A DNA stretch of 64,000 nt from Lama guanicoe (taxonomy: Eukaryota). Each line of letters opens with the position of its first letter. Position 1 is the first letter of the stretch. Below the pieces are notes generated by a model that was not told the origin of the DNA, did not search any database, and saw nothing but the letters and a program-made list of their open reading frames with translations. Shown here piece after piece: positions 56,501 to 64,000 of this stretch. A program made the position numbers and the translations under genes. Location: positions 96,676-160,675 of the forward strand of contig MU053629.1 of assembly GCA_013239625.1 (NCBI GenBank). The letters are read 5' to 3'.

Positions 56501-59500
56501 CAGGTTTCCTCCTTCCTTATGTTGCTGTGCTCCAACAACATCATGGCAGCTGATGGAAAAGTGTCAGGGGTGGCGTGAAGGACAATACAGTCAGTAATCA
56601 GCACAGACTCAACCTGGTGTGCAGAGCCTACAAATTCTGAGGGCACTCCGCCTGGCTCCTACTCCTACTGGTGACCAGGAAGTCCTCATAACCACCCTTT
56701 GCATCCAACACATCACATTGTCTACGAATATTCCACCTGTCAAATGGAAGCGAGAGCAGCAGAATTCGGAACTGAGGATTTCCCTGATGACTTTCCACAG
56801 TGATCACTTTGAAAAATCAAACTGACAAAGGTTCTACGTTGCAACAAACCTACTTAAAACAAATTGCAAAAGATCTGGTGTTTCAACATACCTTTTCAAA
56901 TCTACGTTATTCTTAAAACAATTATATCTTGGACACGCTTCAAATAGCTAAGGGCTGTGCAATTTATCTCTGGTACCAGTTTGTGGGGAACGAAAACCTA
57001 GATGAACCTTCCTACCTGCATAGGCAGCAACATGCTCACCAGGCACTTTTCTGAATCCTTGAAAATCTGCCTTACAAACTAACTGGCGGGTAATGTAAGT
57101 ACCATAAATGTAAATTCAAATGCAAATAGGGTTTTTTTGGTTTTGTTTTAAAAACTTTCTTTGGAGAATAAGACAGGTTTAGACACGCGGTGTTAGCTCT
57201 ACACAAAATTATCACAGTACAGAATGTGAAAACCCTTAAGTCTGAAGTCTAGAAGAAACATATTTATAAAAATGCAGGCAGACCTCGTTTTCCTGCACTT
57301 CACATTCCTGAGCTTCACAGATACTGCATTTTTTTCAAACTGAAGGTTTGTGGCAATCCTGCATGGAGTAAACCTGTCAGTGCCACTTTTCCAACAGTAT
57401 TTGCTACCTCATGTCTCTGTGTCACATTTTGGTAGTTCTTGCAATATTTCAAACTTTTTCATTATTACTGCATTTGTTATGGTGATTTGTGATCAGTGAT
57501 CTCTGATGTTCCCACTGCAAAAAGATCACGATTCACTGAAGGCTCCGGTGATGGTTAGCATTTTGGGCAATAAAGTATTTTTTAATTAGGTATGTACTTT
57601 TTTTTAAGACAAAATGCTACTATATACTTAAGAGATTACAGTGTAGTCTACACATTAACTTTCATATACTAGAAAATCAGAAAACTCATGTGACTTGCTT
57701 TCTTTCAATGTTCACTTTATTGCAGCGGTCTGGAACCAAACCCTCAATATCTCCAACGTACGCCTGTAAAATAAAACAAGGAAGCTGTTTCCCATCACTT
57801 GGCTGTTTGTGTATCATCACTGTTACTATCAGTGTCAAAAATTTAACAATTATAATTAAAAAGGATTTTCACATCACTTATCTCACAAACACAGTATTAT
57901 TTCCCCATTTTAAAAGAGGGGTAAGGAAACTGAGGCTTAAATAATTAAAATGTTTTGCTCACGGGTCCCCCAGCTAGTAAATAATCAGGGCCTCATTTTT
58001 ATAGACAACAGCAAGAATTTTTTTTAAAAAAAACCATTCTGCTTTAAATCACTAAAAAATATACAGGAATTGCTTAGTATAAAAAAAATCTTTAAAAGAA
58101 TAAAAACAGAAGAAAAACAATAAAGTTTTTTTGTTCTGGGTTTTTTTTTTTCCTTCTCCAATTTAAGGCAATAGCTGCAGTATACTTGCTGATTCTAGAC
58201 ATTCCGGTAATTTTCCCCTTCTTTCTCACTCTATAACTTTTGTTTATAGTGGATTTCACTGTGAATACCTGTTTATGTATGAATGTCTGCAAAGCACACT
58301 GTTTTTCAAATTACGTCAAGACAACATTTTGATTCTTAAAACTACTTCCTGATATCATCCAAGCAAAGACTATGTATTTTCACTGACATGATACCTAGTC
58401 ACTTCTTGAGAGAGCAGTTTCTCTCTTAAGTTATAAATTTCATGAAGCATACAATTCCTCTAAGTCCTTTTTAACTTCTTACTACAACTTGCTTAGCACC
58501 AGAAGGTCTCTTCTAAATGCAGAATACAATCCCCAGTATTCTCCTTAGACTAGGGTCTCTCAACATTCGGGCTGAGTAATTCTTTGCTGCAGGGAGTTGT
58601 CCCGTGCGCTGTGCAATGCAGCAGTATTCAGGGGTTCACCCACCAGATACCAACAGCACACCTCTGCCCCTCAGTGTGACAACCAAAAATGTCTCAGACA
58701 TCCCAACGACCCTCTAGGAGGCAGTCATCTAGGGTTGAAAACCACTGCCACAGACTAGCCGAAGAAGTATCAATTTGGCTTACCTTTTGATAGGGAAGAA
58801 TAGTAAGGTTAGCTGTGTGAAATTTTTGAGGGTTGAATTTCTCCCTTTCTAAAGATATGAAAACCTAACAAGAAAAAAGACTGAAAAAATCAAACTCGAT
58901 CATAACTCATAAACCTTATCTAAAGCAAATTGTTTTCACATAAGATTATACATAATTTTAAATTCTTTATGAAACTTGTCAACATCATAGATGTCATAAA
59001 AATCAGCAGTTCTATTAAATTAATAATCCCACTTGTTTACCATAAAAATTTAAGATAAATTTCTTCAAAGAACAGAAATAGTCAACTCACATTTTGCCTT
59101 TCCATCTTAATGAGGGAATTAATGTTAAAGACAATATACGGAGAAATAACTTTAAAAGTTCATGCCTTATTCCTTCCTTTATAACTATCACACAAATAAA
59201 AGGCAATAAAACTTTACAGAAGCACAGCTATGGGCTGATAAACCCGACTGGACTGCACACTGGAGAGACTTCCTAAAGGAAATGGGTTTATTTGCTCAGG
59301 CCTTTTATAAAGCTGATGTTGACCACGGGCAGAATACTTAACTGTAAAAAAAAGAAAATAAGATGAAAGAAAACAGAGTCTCCTTTCCTACACTTCACCA
59401 AGAAAGAGGGGGGAAATGGTGTAAAATTATCATTACGGCATTTTAATTTCAGTTGTGAAAAAGTTCAGAATCCTCAGGCAGTATACGTCACAATTTCACA

Positions 59501-61466
59501 GGAAAAAAATATTCACAATGAGAATCACAGAGTACTGGCACTGGAAGGACACTTAGGGGTTAAGTGGTTCAACCCCTAAGTTTAGACAAAAAGGAAAATA
59601 AGATTTTGGAAGGGAAGGAATCTTCTAATGCATCCCCAAACTTTCTTTCTTTTAAAAAACATCTAAGGTAAATAGGGCAAAGCATTATAACTTGGGCAAA
59701 CAATGCTGAATAGTGATTACAGAGGAATATTATACTATCTGCTATGATTTTTTTTGTATTAAAGGTGAAATTAAAATGAAGAAATCAAGGGCCAGTAAGG
59801 TAAATGGATTTGTCCAACACAACCACCTAAAATCCAAGTTTCCTAAATGCTAGCCCAGAGCCTTTTCATATTTCAAATAATATTTACAAACTACAGGGAT
59901 AATAGTAACTTAATAATAATTTGCATTATTAGACTATAATCTGGGGAAACACTTGATCCCTGCAGAAGGCACTGGACATTTACTTCCTAAAATGTCTCCT
60001 TTACTTCTCTAGAATTCTCTTGCACCATACTTAGCATTGGAGGAGGGCGTGTGAGCAAAGTACGTATTGCTCGGCAAACCACAGTGAACCAATAAAGCAA
60101 TCAGTAACTGACTAAAAGCTGACTCCTCCATAATTTAGGGCAGCACAATTGCCCAATATAAATATATGGTCCATATATGTAATTATAAATTTTAGGAGTC
60201 AGGTCTCCTAAAAAGTAGAAAGAAATGGGGGAATGAATGTTAATAATTTATTTTACCCAATATATTCAAATATTATCATTTCACCATGAAATCAACATAA
60301 AAATCTGTTGAGATATTACACTCTTTCTCCTGAGTATTTTCAAAACTCGATGTGTACTTTATACTTACAGCACACCTCAATTTGCACTAACTACACTGCA
60401 AATACTCAACAGGCACAGGGGTTAGTGGCTACCTTTGGACAGATCAGTCAGACCCAAAACTATTTTATTGACGGAATTAAAAGCAGTTCCAACTATTTGA
60501 GGAGTCCTTTGATTTCCTTACAAAGCTGACAAAACTCCAAGTCCTTTGTAGACTAAGAAAACTAACCCCAGTGTCCCCAAAGGTTAACATGTAAGGGGTA
60601 CAAATAACAAAGCTTCTTGAAGAGTGCAGAAGCACGCTACTCTCTACATCTTACACACACAGCCTCTAGGATAGAAACAGGGGTGTAAATTCTTCCGTAT
60701 GCAACCAAGCAGCACCTAATTAATGATGATGCTGGTCGTGGCTTGAATTTCGCTCTATCGTTCCAAAACAAAAGTCACTTTCTCAACAGCTGAAAGAATT
60801 ATGAGTAAGAATCTCTACCGACAGTTCTTTCGTAAATATCTTCCCCCTGCTCGCTAACCACTGCCCGGGGACATAACTGAATCACAATTTCCTCTTTCTT
60901 CTCCTTGGTGCCACTGTGAGCGCGTGTGACCAAGCAGCCATCCTCGCTCCACGCGGGGCGGGAGCAGGGAGGGTTTTTTATGCTGCGGAGCCCACGGGGC
61001 CAGGCTGAGGGCAGCGGGAGGCCCCCCAAGGTGCGCAGGCGGGACAGGGCAGGGGCTTCGGCCTCAGGTACGCGAACGCTGGGAACCCCGGCAGCCCGGG
61101 CGCGACGCGGCCGCGCCTCCCCATCTTGGGCCGGCACCCCGGGACCCTGCGGCATTAGAGGCGGGCACAGGCCTGCCGACGCCCCACACCTGCCGCCCGT
61201 GGAGGGGACCCCGCCAAGCGCCCTCCCCGGAGGCGGAGCCTCGCGCGGTGAAGGGAGCAGGGCCCGGGCTGGAGCCGGGACGGGAGCAGCCCGCGGCGGG
61301 GGCCCCTCGGCCAGCGCCGGCACACCCCCCCTCCCCGCACCCTCCCGGCCGTGCCCTCCTGCTTACCGCCCCAGATCCCCAGCTTCAGCTGGGACTTGTT
61401 CAGGTTCTCCACATAGTCCCCCAGGAAGCGGTTCAGCAGGTCCGCGACCACCGACTCCAGCACCAT
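2304..61466 (-). CDS. VPS13C: VPS13C, partial (coding exons 1-24, 2408 nt, 802 codons + 2 nt; N-terminal chorein domain and start of the lipid-transfer groove); continues off the left edge
   Basis: N-terminus [48 protein letters not shown] matches VPS13C as I recall it. 24 GT-AG exons mapped by hand join in frame without stops. Confidence 0.97.
3682..4020 (-). mobile_element. Young 5'-truncated LINE-1 3' end with TSD
   Basis: Poly(T) followed by L1 3'UTR; direct repeat tttggttttctt at 3670-3681 and 4021-4032. Confidence 0.8.
4158..4281 (-). CDS. VPS13C: VPS13C exon 23 (124 nt)
   Basis: [41 protein letters not shown](G); AG/GTAAAC. Confidence 0.95.
5232..5368 (-). CDS. VPS13C: VPS13C exon 22 (137 nt)
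   Basis: (G)[53 protein letters not shown]. Confidence 0.95.
5723..5837 (-). CDS. VPS13C: VPS13C exon 21 (115 nt)
   Basis: [38 protein letters not shown](G); AG/GTAAGA. Confidence 0.96.
7089..7281 (-). CDS. VPS13C: VPS13C exon 20 (193 nt)
   Basis: [72 protein letters not shown]. Confidence 0.96.
8139..8281 (-). CDS. VPS13C: VPS13C exon 19 (143 nt)
   Basis: [47 protein letters not shown](K); AG/GTAAGT. Confidence 0.96.
8735..10320 (+). mobile_element. Cluster of LINE-1 fragments (endonuclease region, a 3' end, ORF2 C-terminal region)
   Basis: taaattctccaatcaaaagac, tgctgcctgcaagagac, gcaaatcaaagccacaatgagataccacctcacacc, ccagcaattccacttctgggtat. Confidence 0.85.
10396..10490 (-). CDS. VPS13C: VPS13C exon 18 (95 nt)
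   Basis: (T)[39 protein letters not shown]. Confidence 0.96.
10640..10723 (-). mobile_element. Very short young LINE-1 3' end with TSD
   Basis: Flanked by taatacactatttt (10626-10639) and taatatactatttt (10724-10737); same 3'UTR type as the 25336 and 30657 elements. Confidence 0.75.
11149..11278 (-). CDS. VPS13C: VPS13C exon 17 (130 nt)
   Basis: [43 protein letters not shown](T); acceptor tttttgag, donor GTAAGT. Confidence 0.95.
13490..13997 (+). mobile_element. MaLR solo LTR (MLT1F/G-like)
   Basis: cttgtttctaacaaatagaat..gcaaaggtgatg; cagatgagaccacagtcccagctgac; ends ttatgcagccgtagaaaacta. Confidence 0.7.
14000..15050 (+). mobile_element. Old LINE-1 5'/ORF1-region fragment
   Basis: aaagcctcagggacctgtgg, tttgaagaaataatggctgaaa; A-rich strand. 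Confidence 0.7.
14931..14960. repeat. (TG)15 microsatellite
   Basis: Read directly. Confidence 0.95.
15055..16650 (+). mobile_element. LINE-2 (L2a-like) 3' portion with a MIR-like element at ~16340-16600
   Basis: ttctcagtcctcag, catggctttaaataccacctat, tcagtgaggctttccctg, terminal aaatgaatgaa; MIR core aggaaactgagtc..cccaaggtcac. Confidence 0.7.
16863..17583 (-). mobile_element. LINE-1 insertion with 5' inversion (3' part on minus, ~16863-17373; inverted part on plus, ~17395-17583) and internal (TG)n
   Basis: Adjacent L1 segments in opposite orientation; degenerate TSD tgtagtttatttttttaatt / tgcaatttattttttaatt. Confidence 0.8.
18200..18262 (-). CDS. VPS13C: VPS13C exon 16 (63 nt)
   Basis: [29 protein letters not shown]. 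Confidence 0.95.
19431..19602 (-). CDS. VPS13C: VPS13C exon 15 (172 nt)
   Basis: [65 protein letters not shown]. Confidence 0.96.
20154..20260 (-). CDS. VPS13C: VPS13C exon 14 (107 nt)
   Basis: [35 protein letters not shown](W); AG/GTAAGT. Confidence 0.96.
20370..20548 (-). mobile_element. TcMar-Tc2 (MER104/Kanga-like) DNA transposon relic
   Basis: End tgcacatcttagaaccaatgaaata resembles the MER104 terminus as recalled. Confidence 0.45.
20860..21135. mobile_element. hAT-Charlie MER33-like relic
   Basis: tggctactagaaaatttaaaactacatat..tgcattacatttgtattggac. Confidence 0.6.
21625..21752 (-). CDS. VPS13C: VPS13C exon 13 (128 nt)
   Basis: (I)[50 protein letters not shown]. Confidence 0.96.
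22860..23677 (+). mobile_element. LINE-1 3' portion (ORF2 C-terminus plus 3'UTR and A tail)
   Basis: ORF 22809-23258 translates to L1 ORF2 C-terminus-like [30 protein letters not shown]. Confidence 0.88.
24075..24132 (-). CDS. VPS13C: VPS13C exon 12 (58 nt)
   Basis: [19 protein letters not shown](I); AG/GTAAGT. Confidence 0.93.
25006..25086 (-). CDS. VPS13C: VPS13C exon 11 (81 nt)
   Basis: [35 protein letters not shown]. Confidence 0.95.
25250..25860 (+). mobile_element. Nested LINE-1 3' ends (host plus two inserts)
   Basis: TSD aacaaggattcact at 25322-25335 and 25457-25470; repeated tattcagtatcttgtaataacct; three A-rich tails. Confidence 0.75.
26628..26687 (-). CDS. VPS13C: VPS13C exon 10 (60 nt)
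   Basis: [28 protein letters not shown]. Confidence 0.95.
29105..29164 (-). CDS. VPS13C: VPS13C exon 9 (60 nt)
   Basis: [28 protein letters not shown]. Confidence 0.95.
29882..30022 (-). mobile_element. tRNA-derived SINE (camelid Vic-1-like)
   Basis: Reverse complement ggggagagggtgtagctcaagcggtagagtgcatgcc..gaggtcctgggttcaatccccagtacc with A/B boxes and an A-rich tail. Confidence 0.85.
30657..30836 (+). mobile_element. Young LINE-1 3' end with perfect 13-bp TSD
   Basis: taagaataattct at 30644-30656 and 30837-30849. Confidence 0.82.
31805..33132 (+). mobile_element. LINE-1 3' ~1.3 kb (degenerate ORF2 plus 3'UTR)
   Basis: Continuous L1 similarity: aaacagacatttctccaaa, ccagcaatccca, atgccatttgcagcaacatg; A tail. 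Confidence 0.88.
33250..33450 (+). mobile_element. Short LINE-1 3' end
   Basis: gggattaagatgtacaaactatta..ttgtacacctgtaactt..tatacttcaat. Confidence 0.6.
33499..33608 (-). CDS. VPS13C: VPS13C exon 8 (110 nt)
   Basis: (D)[44 protein letters not shown]. Confidence 0.96.
33883..33948 (-). CDS. VPS13C: VPS13C exon 7 (66 nt, symmetric polybasic cassette exon)
   Basis: (G)[21 protein letters not shown]; acceptor cttccactgagaag, donor GTAGGT. Confidence 0.92.
35912..37359. mobile_element. hAT-Charlie DNA transposon (Charlie1a-like), both ends present
   Basis: Ends cagttctcaa.. / ..ttgagaaccactg; 8-bp TSD ctctaaag (35904-35911) / ctctaaaa (37360-37367). Confidence 0.78.
36365..36497 (-). mobile_element. 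tRNA-derived SINE (Vic-1-like) inserted in the Charlie element
   Basis: 16-bp TSD caagtggtagtttctt at 36349-36364 and 36498-36513. Confidence 0.88.
38819..38881 (-). CDS. VPS13C: VPS13C exon 6 (63 nt, symmetric cassette exon)
   Basis: (G)[20 protein letters not shown]; weak acceptor tgccatgcggatgcag, donor GTGGGT. Confidence 0.92.
39540..39790 (+). mobile_element. MIR SINE within L2-like sequence
   Basis: tctggagccaggctgggttcaaattccagct..caagtaatttaac..ttttctcagctacaaaatgag. Confidence 0.65.
41505..41610. other. Assembly gap (106 N) in intron 5, preceded by a poly(A) run
   Basis: Run of N directly after the A-tract at 41478-41504. Confidence 0.99.
42875..42976 (-). CDS. VPS13C: VPS13C exon 5 (102 nt)
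   Basis: (S)[41 protein letters not shown]. Confidence 0.95.
44381..44476 (-). CDS. VPS13C: VPS13C exon 4 (96 nt)
   Basis: (D)[31 protein letters not shown](S); AG/GTATGT. Confidence 0.96.
47722..47764 (-). other. VPS13C: VPS13C exon 3, copy B (identical 43-nt duplicate)
   Basis: Same 43 nt as 47865-47907, 143 bp away. Same GTAAGT donor, but only 9 nt of the original acceptor retained. Confidence 0.85.
47865..47907 (-). CDS. VPS13C: VPS13C exon 3, copy A (43 nt, native polypyrimidine tract)
   Basis: [14 protein letters not shown](D); acceptor tttctttcttccttctgaag, donor GTAAGT. Confidence 0.93.
48606..48762 (+). mobile_element. tRNA-derived SINE (Vic-1-like)
   Basis: tagcttagtggtagagcac..gaggtcctgggttcaatccccagtacc; TSD agaatagcctttctg / agaatggtctttctg. 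Confidence 0.88.
50565..50608 (-). CDS. VPS13C: VPS13C exon 2 (44 nt)
   Basis: (G)[14 protein letters not shown]; acceptor tttttgaag, donor GTAAGT. Confidence 0.95.
53787..53925 (+). mobile_element. tRNA-derived SINE (Vic-1-like) with (TAAA)n tail
   Basis: Perfect 15-bp TSD taagattaagactaa at 53772-53786 and 53926-53940. Confidence 0.9.
57275..57766 (+). mobile_element. Tigger1-derived non-autonomous DNA transposon
   Basis: caggcagacctcg..tgaaggtttgtggcaatcctgcat..ggtctggaacc..caatatctcc..gcctg followed by TA. Confidence 0.8.
58550..58747. mobile_element. MER20-like hAT-Charlie element
   Basis: gtgacaaccaaaaatgtctc.agacat; ends ggttgaaaaccactg. Confidence 0.75.
60230..60445. mobile_element. 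MER3/MER33-like hAT relic
   Basis: gtgtactttatacttacagcacacctcaattt..tagtggctacc..ttggacag. Confidence 0.6.
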
Positions 61467-61960
61467 AGTGGGGCCGCGGCGCGGGAGAGGGAGGAGCCGG
61501 AACCGCCCGGCGCAGCTGAGGGTGGCGACCCGCGCCGCGAATGACAGCCCCCCGGGCGCCGCCCCGCCCCCGCGCCGCGCAGCTCCGCGCGTGACCCGGC
61601 CTGTGCGCAGGCGCGCCGCCGCCGCCGGCTCCGGAAGGTGCGTGGACCCGCGGCAGACTCGCCCCCTCGGAGAGGTGGCCCCTGCGGCCCCGGCCACCCG
61701 GGAGCGGGCGGAGGCGCAGCGGGGAGGCCGGCTCTGGGCCTGTCGGAGCGGCCTGCTCCGGAGGAAAGGGATGTTAGAGAAGGAAAGGGGAGGGCAGGAG
61801 TTGTTGAGCGCGGGGACATCTCTGTCGGCTCTGCTTCCCCGCCGTCGCCTCCTGTTGACCTCGTCCCGGCCGAAAGCGGCGCTGCGGCGCCTCGCCCGGA
61901 GCCCAGCCGGTGGCAGCCCGGCGCTTCCCAGGCCTCCAGTCCACCCTGAGCGCCTCCTAA
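60920..61960. promoter_or_regulatory. CpG island / VPS13C promoter
   Basis: Abrupt GC- and CpG-rich block over exon 1. GC box at 61561-61570, NRF1-like TGCGCAGGCGC at 61604-61614, ETS CCGGAAG at 61631-61637; no TATA box seen. Confidence 0.9.
61367..61466 (-). CDS. VPS13C: VPS13C exon 1, coding part (100 nt)
   Basis: cccactATGG (A at -3, G at +4); [33 protein letters not shown]; donor GTAAGC. Confidence 0.97.
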
Positions 61961-62587
61961 GAAACCATCCCTTCGGGAGGGGAAAAGGAGACCCTGCACA
62001 CTTGCGCTGTTACCTATCAACTCCACCTAGAACCAGCTCTCCGCCTCTTTTTGCTTCCTGAAAACACACTTTAATAATTTACAAGTGGAAGGAGGGGAAA
62101 CAGCCGCATCGTAAAATGGCAGATAGAATGGAAACTGAATATGCATTTTGTTAACTCGTTCTTTTACTCCCTTTTGTGCCTGATTGGCTCTTCCTTAACT
62201 CAGGGGCTACTTCTTAGTTATCTACCTCATTACAGAAATAAAAAACAAAACGTAGTACTTCCTTGATTTTCCATAAGGTATGGCTTAGCTGTTACTTATT
62301 TATCGCGTTCTTTCATGCAATCATTGAACTGCTTCTGGTGTGGCAAGACGTAGAAAGTGGGGCTTTTATAATGCAAGGACTTTTTAAGTTAAGTAAATGA
62401 AACCACCCACTGACAAGCCAATTCTCTTCAGAGAACAGGATTTTTTTCCCCTAAAATTTATTTCAGAAAACTGTTGCGATACCATAAGCTGAAATAAACC
62501 TAAGAAATATTATTCGTAGTCACAAGTTTTTTTTAAATGCTTTGCTACACTTTATGTATGGAAAACTATGTGTGAATTGCTCTTAAC

Positions 62588-62934
62588 TGCTGTGAACAGT
62601 GTATACACCCTAAAATTCGTAGGCTGAAAGCCTAACCTTCCTTGTCAAGGTATTAGGTGGGGCCTTTGGGATGTAATCAGGTAATTAGGCAGAGCTCACG
62701 AATGGGATTAATACCCTTATAAAAGAGACCCAGAAGCTCCCTCGCCCCTTCTGCCATGTGAGGATACATCAAGAAGACAGCCATCTATGAACCAGGAAGT
62801 GGACCATCACCAGACATTGAATCAACTAACACCTTGATCTTGGACTTCCTAGAATAGAGAGAAATAAATTTGCATTGATTTTAATCCACCCAGCCTATGG
62901 TATTTTGTAATAGCAGCCTGAACAGATTAAGACA
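62588..62934 (+). mobile_element. MaLR solo LTR (MLT1A-like)
   Basis: aatgggattaatacccttataaaagag, gccatgtgaggatac, caccttgatcttggacttcc, tatggtattttgtaatagcagcctgaacagattaagaca. Confidence 0.8.
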
Positions 62935-64000
62935 ATCAAAAAGAAAAATGATTCCTTAAATACAAAGACCATGAGAGAAGAAAAAAATGTCAAAATCTCT
63001 ACAACTGATATTATGTAAAATAGATGTAAAAGGATGAACCAATGCTAACCAGTATTGGTGTTATCAGTATCCACCTCCATCCTTCACTCCTGTACACAAG
63101 CTAAATCCTTAACCTTTGGTTTTTCGTACTTTAGTCACCCTGACAAATTACCTAGGATGTATTTTGAAGCACTTTATACTTCTTTCCTTCACCGTCCACA
63201 ACCAGTTAACAGCCAAACCTGGTTATTATGCTTTTGCCGTATTTCCAGAATTCTCCTTATATCTCATCTGGGCCATGCAGTCACCTTCTAACTGACCTGG
63301 CCTCCAGTTTTTTCTTTCTCCATCCATCTGCACACTGTCACCAGAGCTAATTTTCCAAAGTACAGGTGAGCTTACGTAAGTTACCTGCTCAAAAACACTC
63401 AATTCAGCGTTCAGAAAGCCCTCTTCAACCTGTCCCAAATTTATTTCCAGTCCACCCCGAACAACCCCTCTCCCTTTGCGTATGCACGGGAGAATGCAAA
63501 AAAAAAAATTACACGTTCTGGTTGAGATAGGCACACACCATAAAAAGTTAAAAAACAAACAATGCAAGGTTGTATGAATAACAGTGAAGATGATGTGAAA
63601 GATGCTACGGACAGAATAGTGCGGTCAAGAAAATGGAACAGAAGGTATAATCTGGTGGGAGAAGTGGGCAATACTAATCCTTGTGTAATACCAATTTCTT
63701 GCATTTTTGTGCTACTTTACACTTTTGAAAGAATAATGCATATGCATGCCTTTGTAAGCATTATTCCACTTTATAAATACTTCTTCAGTTATACTTCATG
63801 GGTTATCACGCCATTATTACGCGAAGGTATGCATTTTCAAGTAAGCCTCACAAAAGATCTGTGAGATGAGTGATGAAGATAGTACTATTGTCCCCATTTC
63901 ATAGGAAAATTAAAGTCACTGATTTACTTAAAATTAGGTAATTTACATAGAATTGCAAGGTGCTTATTTCCTTCAGCTCCCTGAGCACTGCCACCAACTT

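Noticed and set aside
59551..59581. 11-bp stem hairpin acttaggggtt/aacccctaagt
   Set aside because: Lies in a MIR-like remnant, is too short for a pre-miRNA, and is plausible by chance.
61467..61697. Open in-frame extension upstream of the VPS13C ATG (from a GTG)
   Set aside because: Stop-poor GC-rich sequence; the ATG has a strong Kozak context and VPS13 homology begins at this Met.
60799..62061. Several 98-197 aa ORFs on both strands over the promoter
   Set aside because: Low-complexity Gly/Ala/Pro/Arg frames are expected in a CpG island; only the VPS13C exon 1 segment is recognisable.
1..64000. CRISPR arrays, operons, rRNA, snoRNA/miRNA or a second gene
   Set aside because: Eukaryotic intron-exon locus; no repeat-spacer arrays or recognisable RNA genes seen by eye. 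A covariance-model search would be needed to exclude small ncRNAs.

Overview
Mammalian genomic DNA: AT-rich, one CpG island, one 106-N scaffold gap. It carries the 5' part of VPS13C (bridge-like lipid transfer protein) on the minus strand. This comprises the CpG-island promoter, the ATG at 61466 and 24 GT-AG coding exons that join into an uninterrupted 2408-nt frame; the gene continues beyond the left edge. The repeats suggest a camelid (camel/alpaca): there are tRNA-derived Vic-1-like SINEs and young L1 3' ends, and I saw no Alu, Bov-tA, PRE-1 or CAN-SINE. The most unusual feature is a ~143-bp tandem duplication (47630-47916) that copies coding exon 3 with its donor. It creates a new junction acceptor that would add 5 in-frame residues (LELLK), while inclusion of both copies gives an immediate stop. 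It may be a real nascent exon duplication or an assembly artefact. Also noted: neural splicing motifs around cassette exons 6/7, a twin-primed inverted L1, nested L1 ends and inverted SINE pairs. Protein and repeat identities come from recall and visual resemblance, not database searches. I found no supported new multi-gene system.
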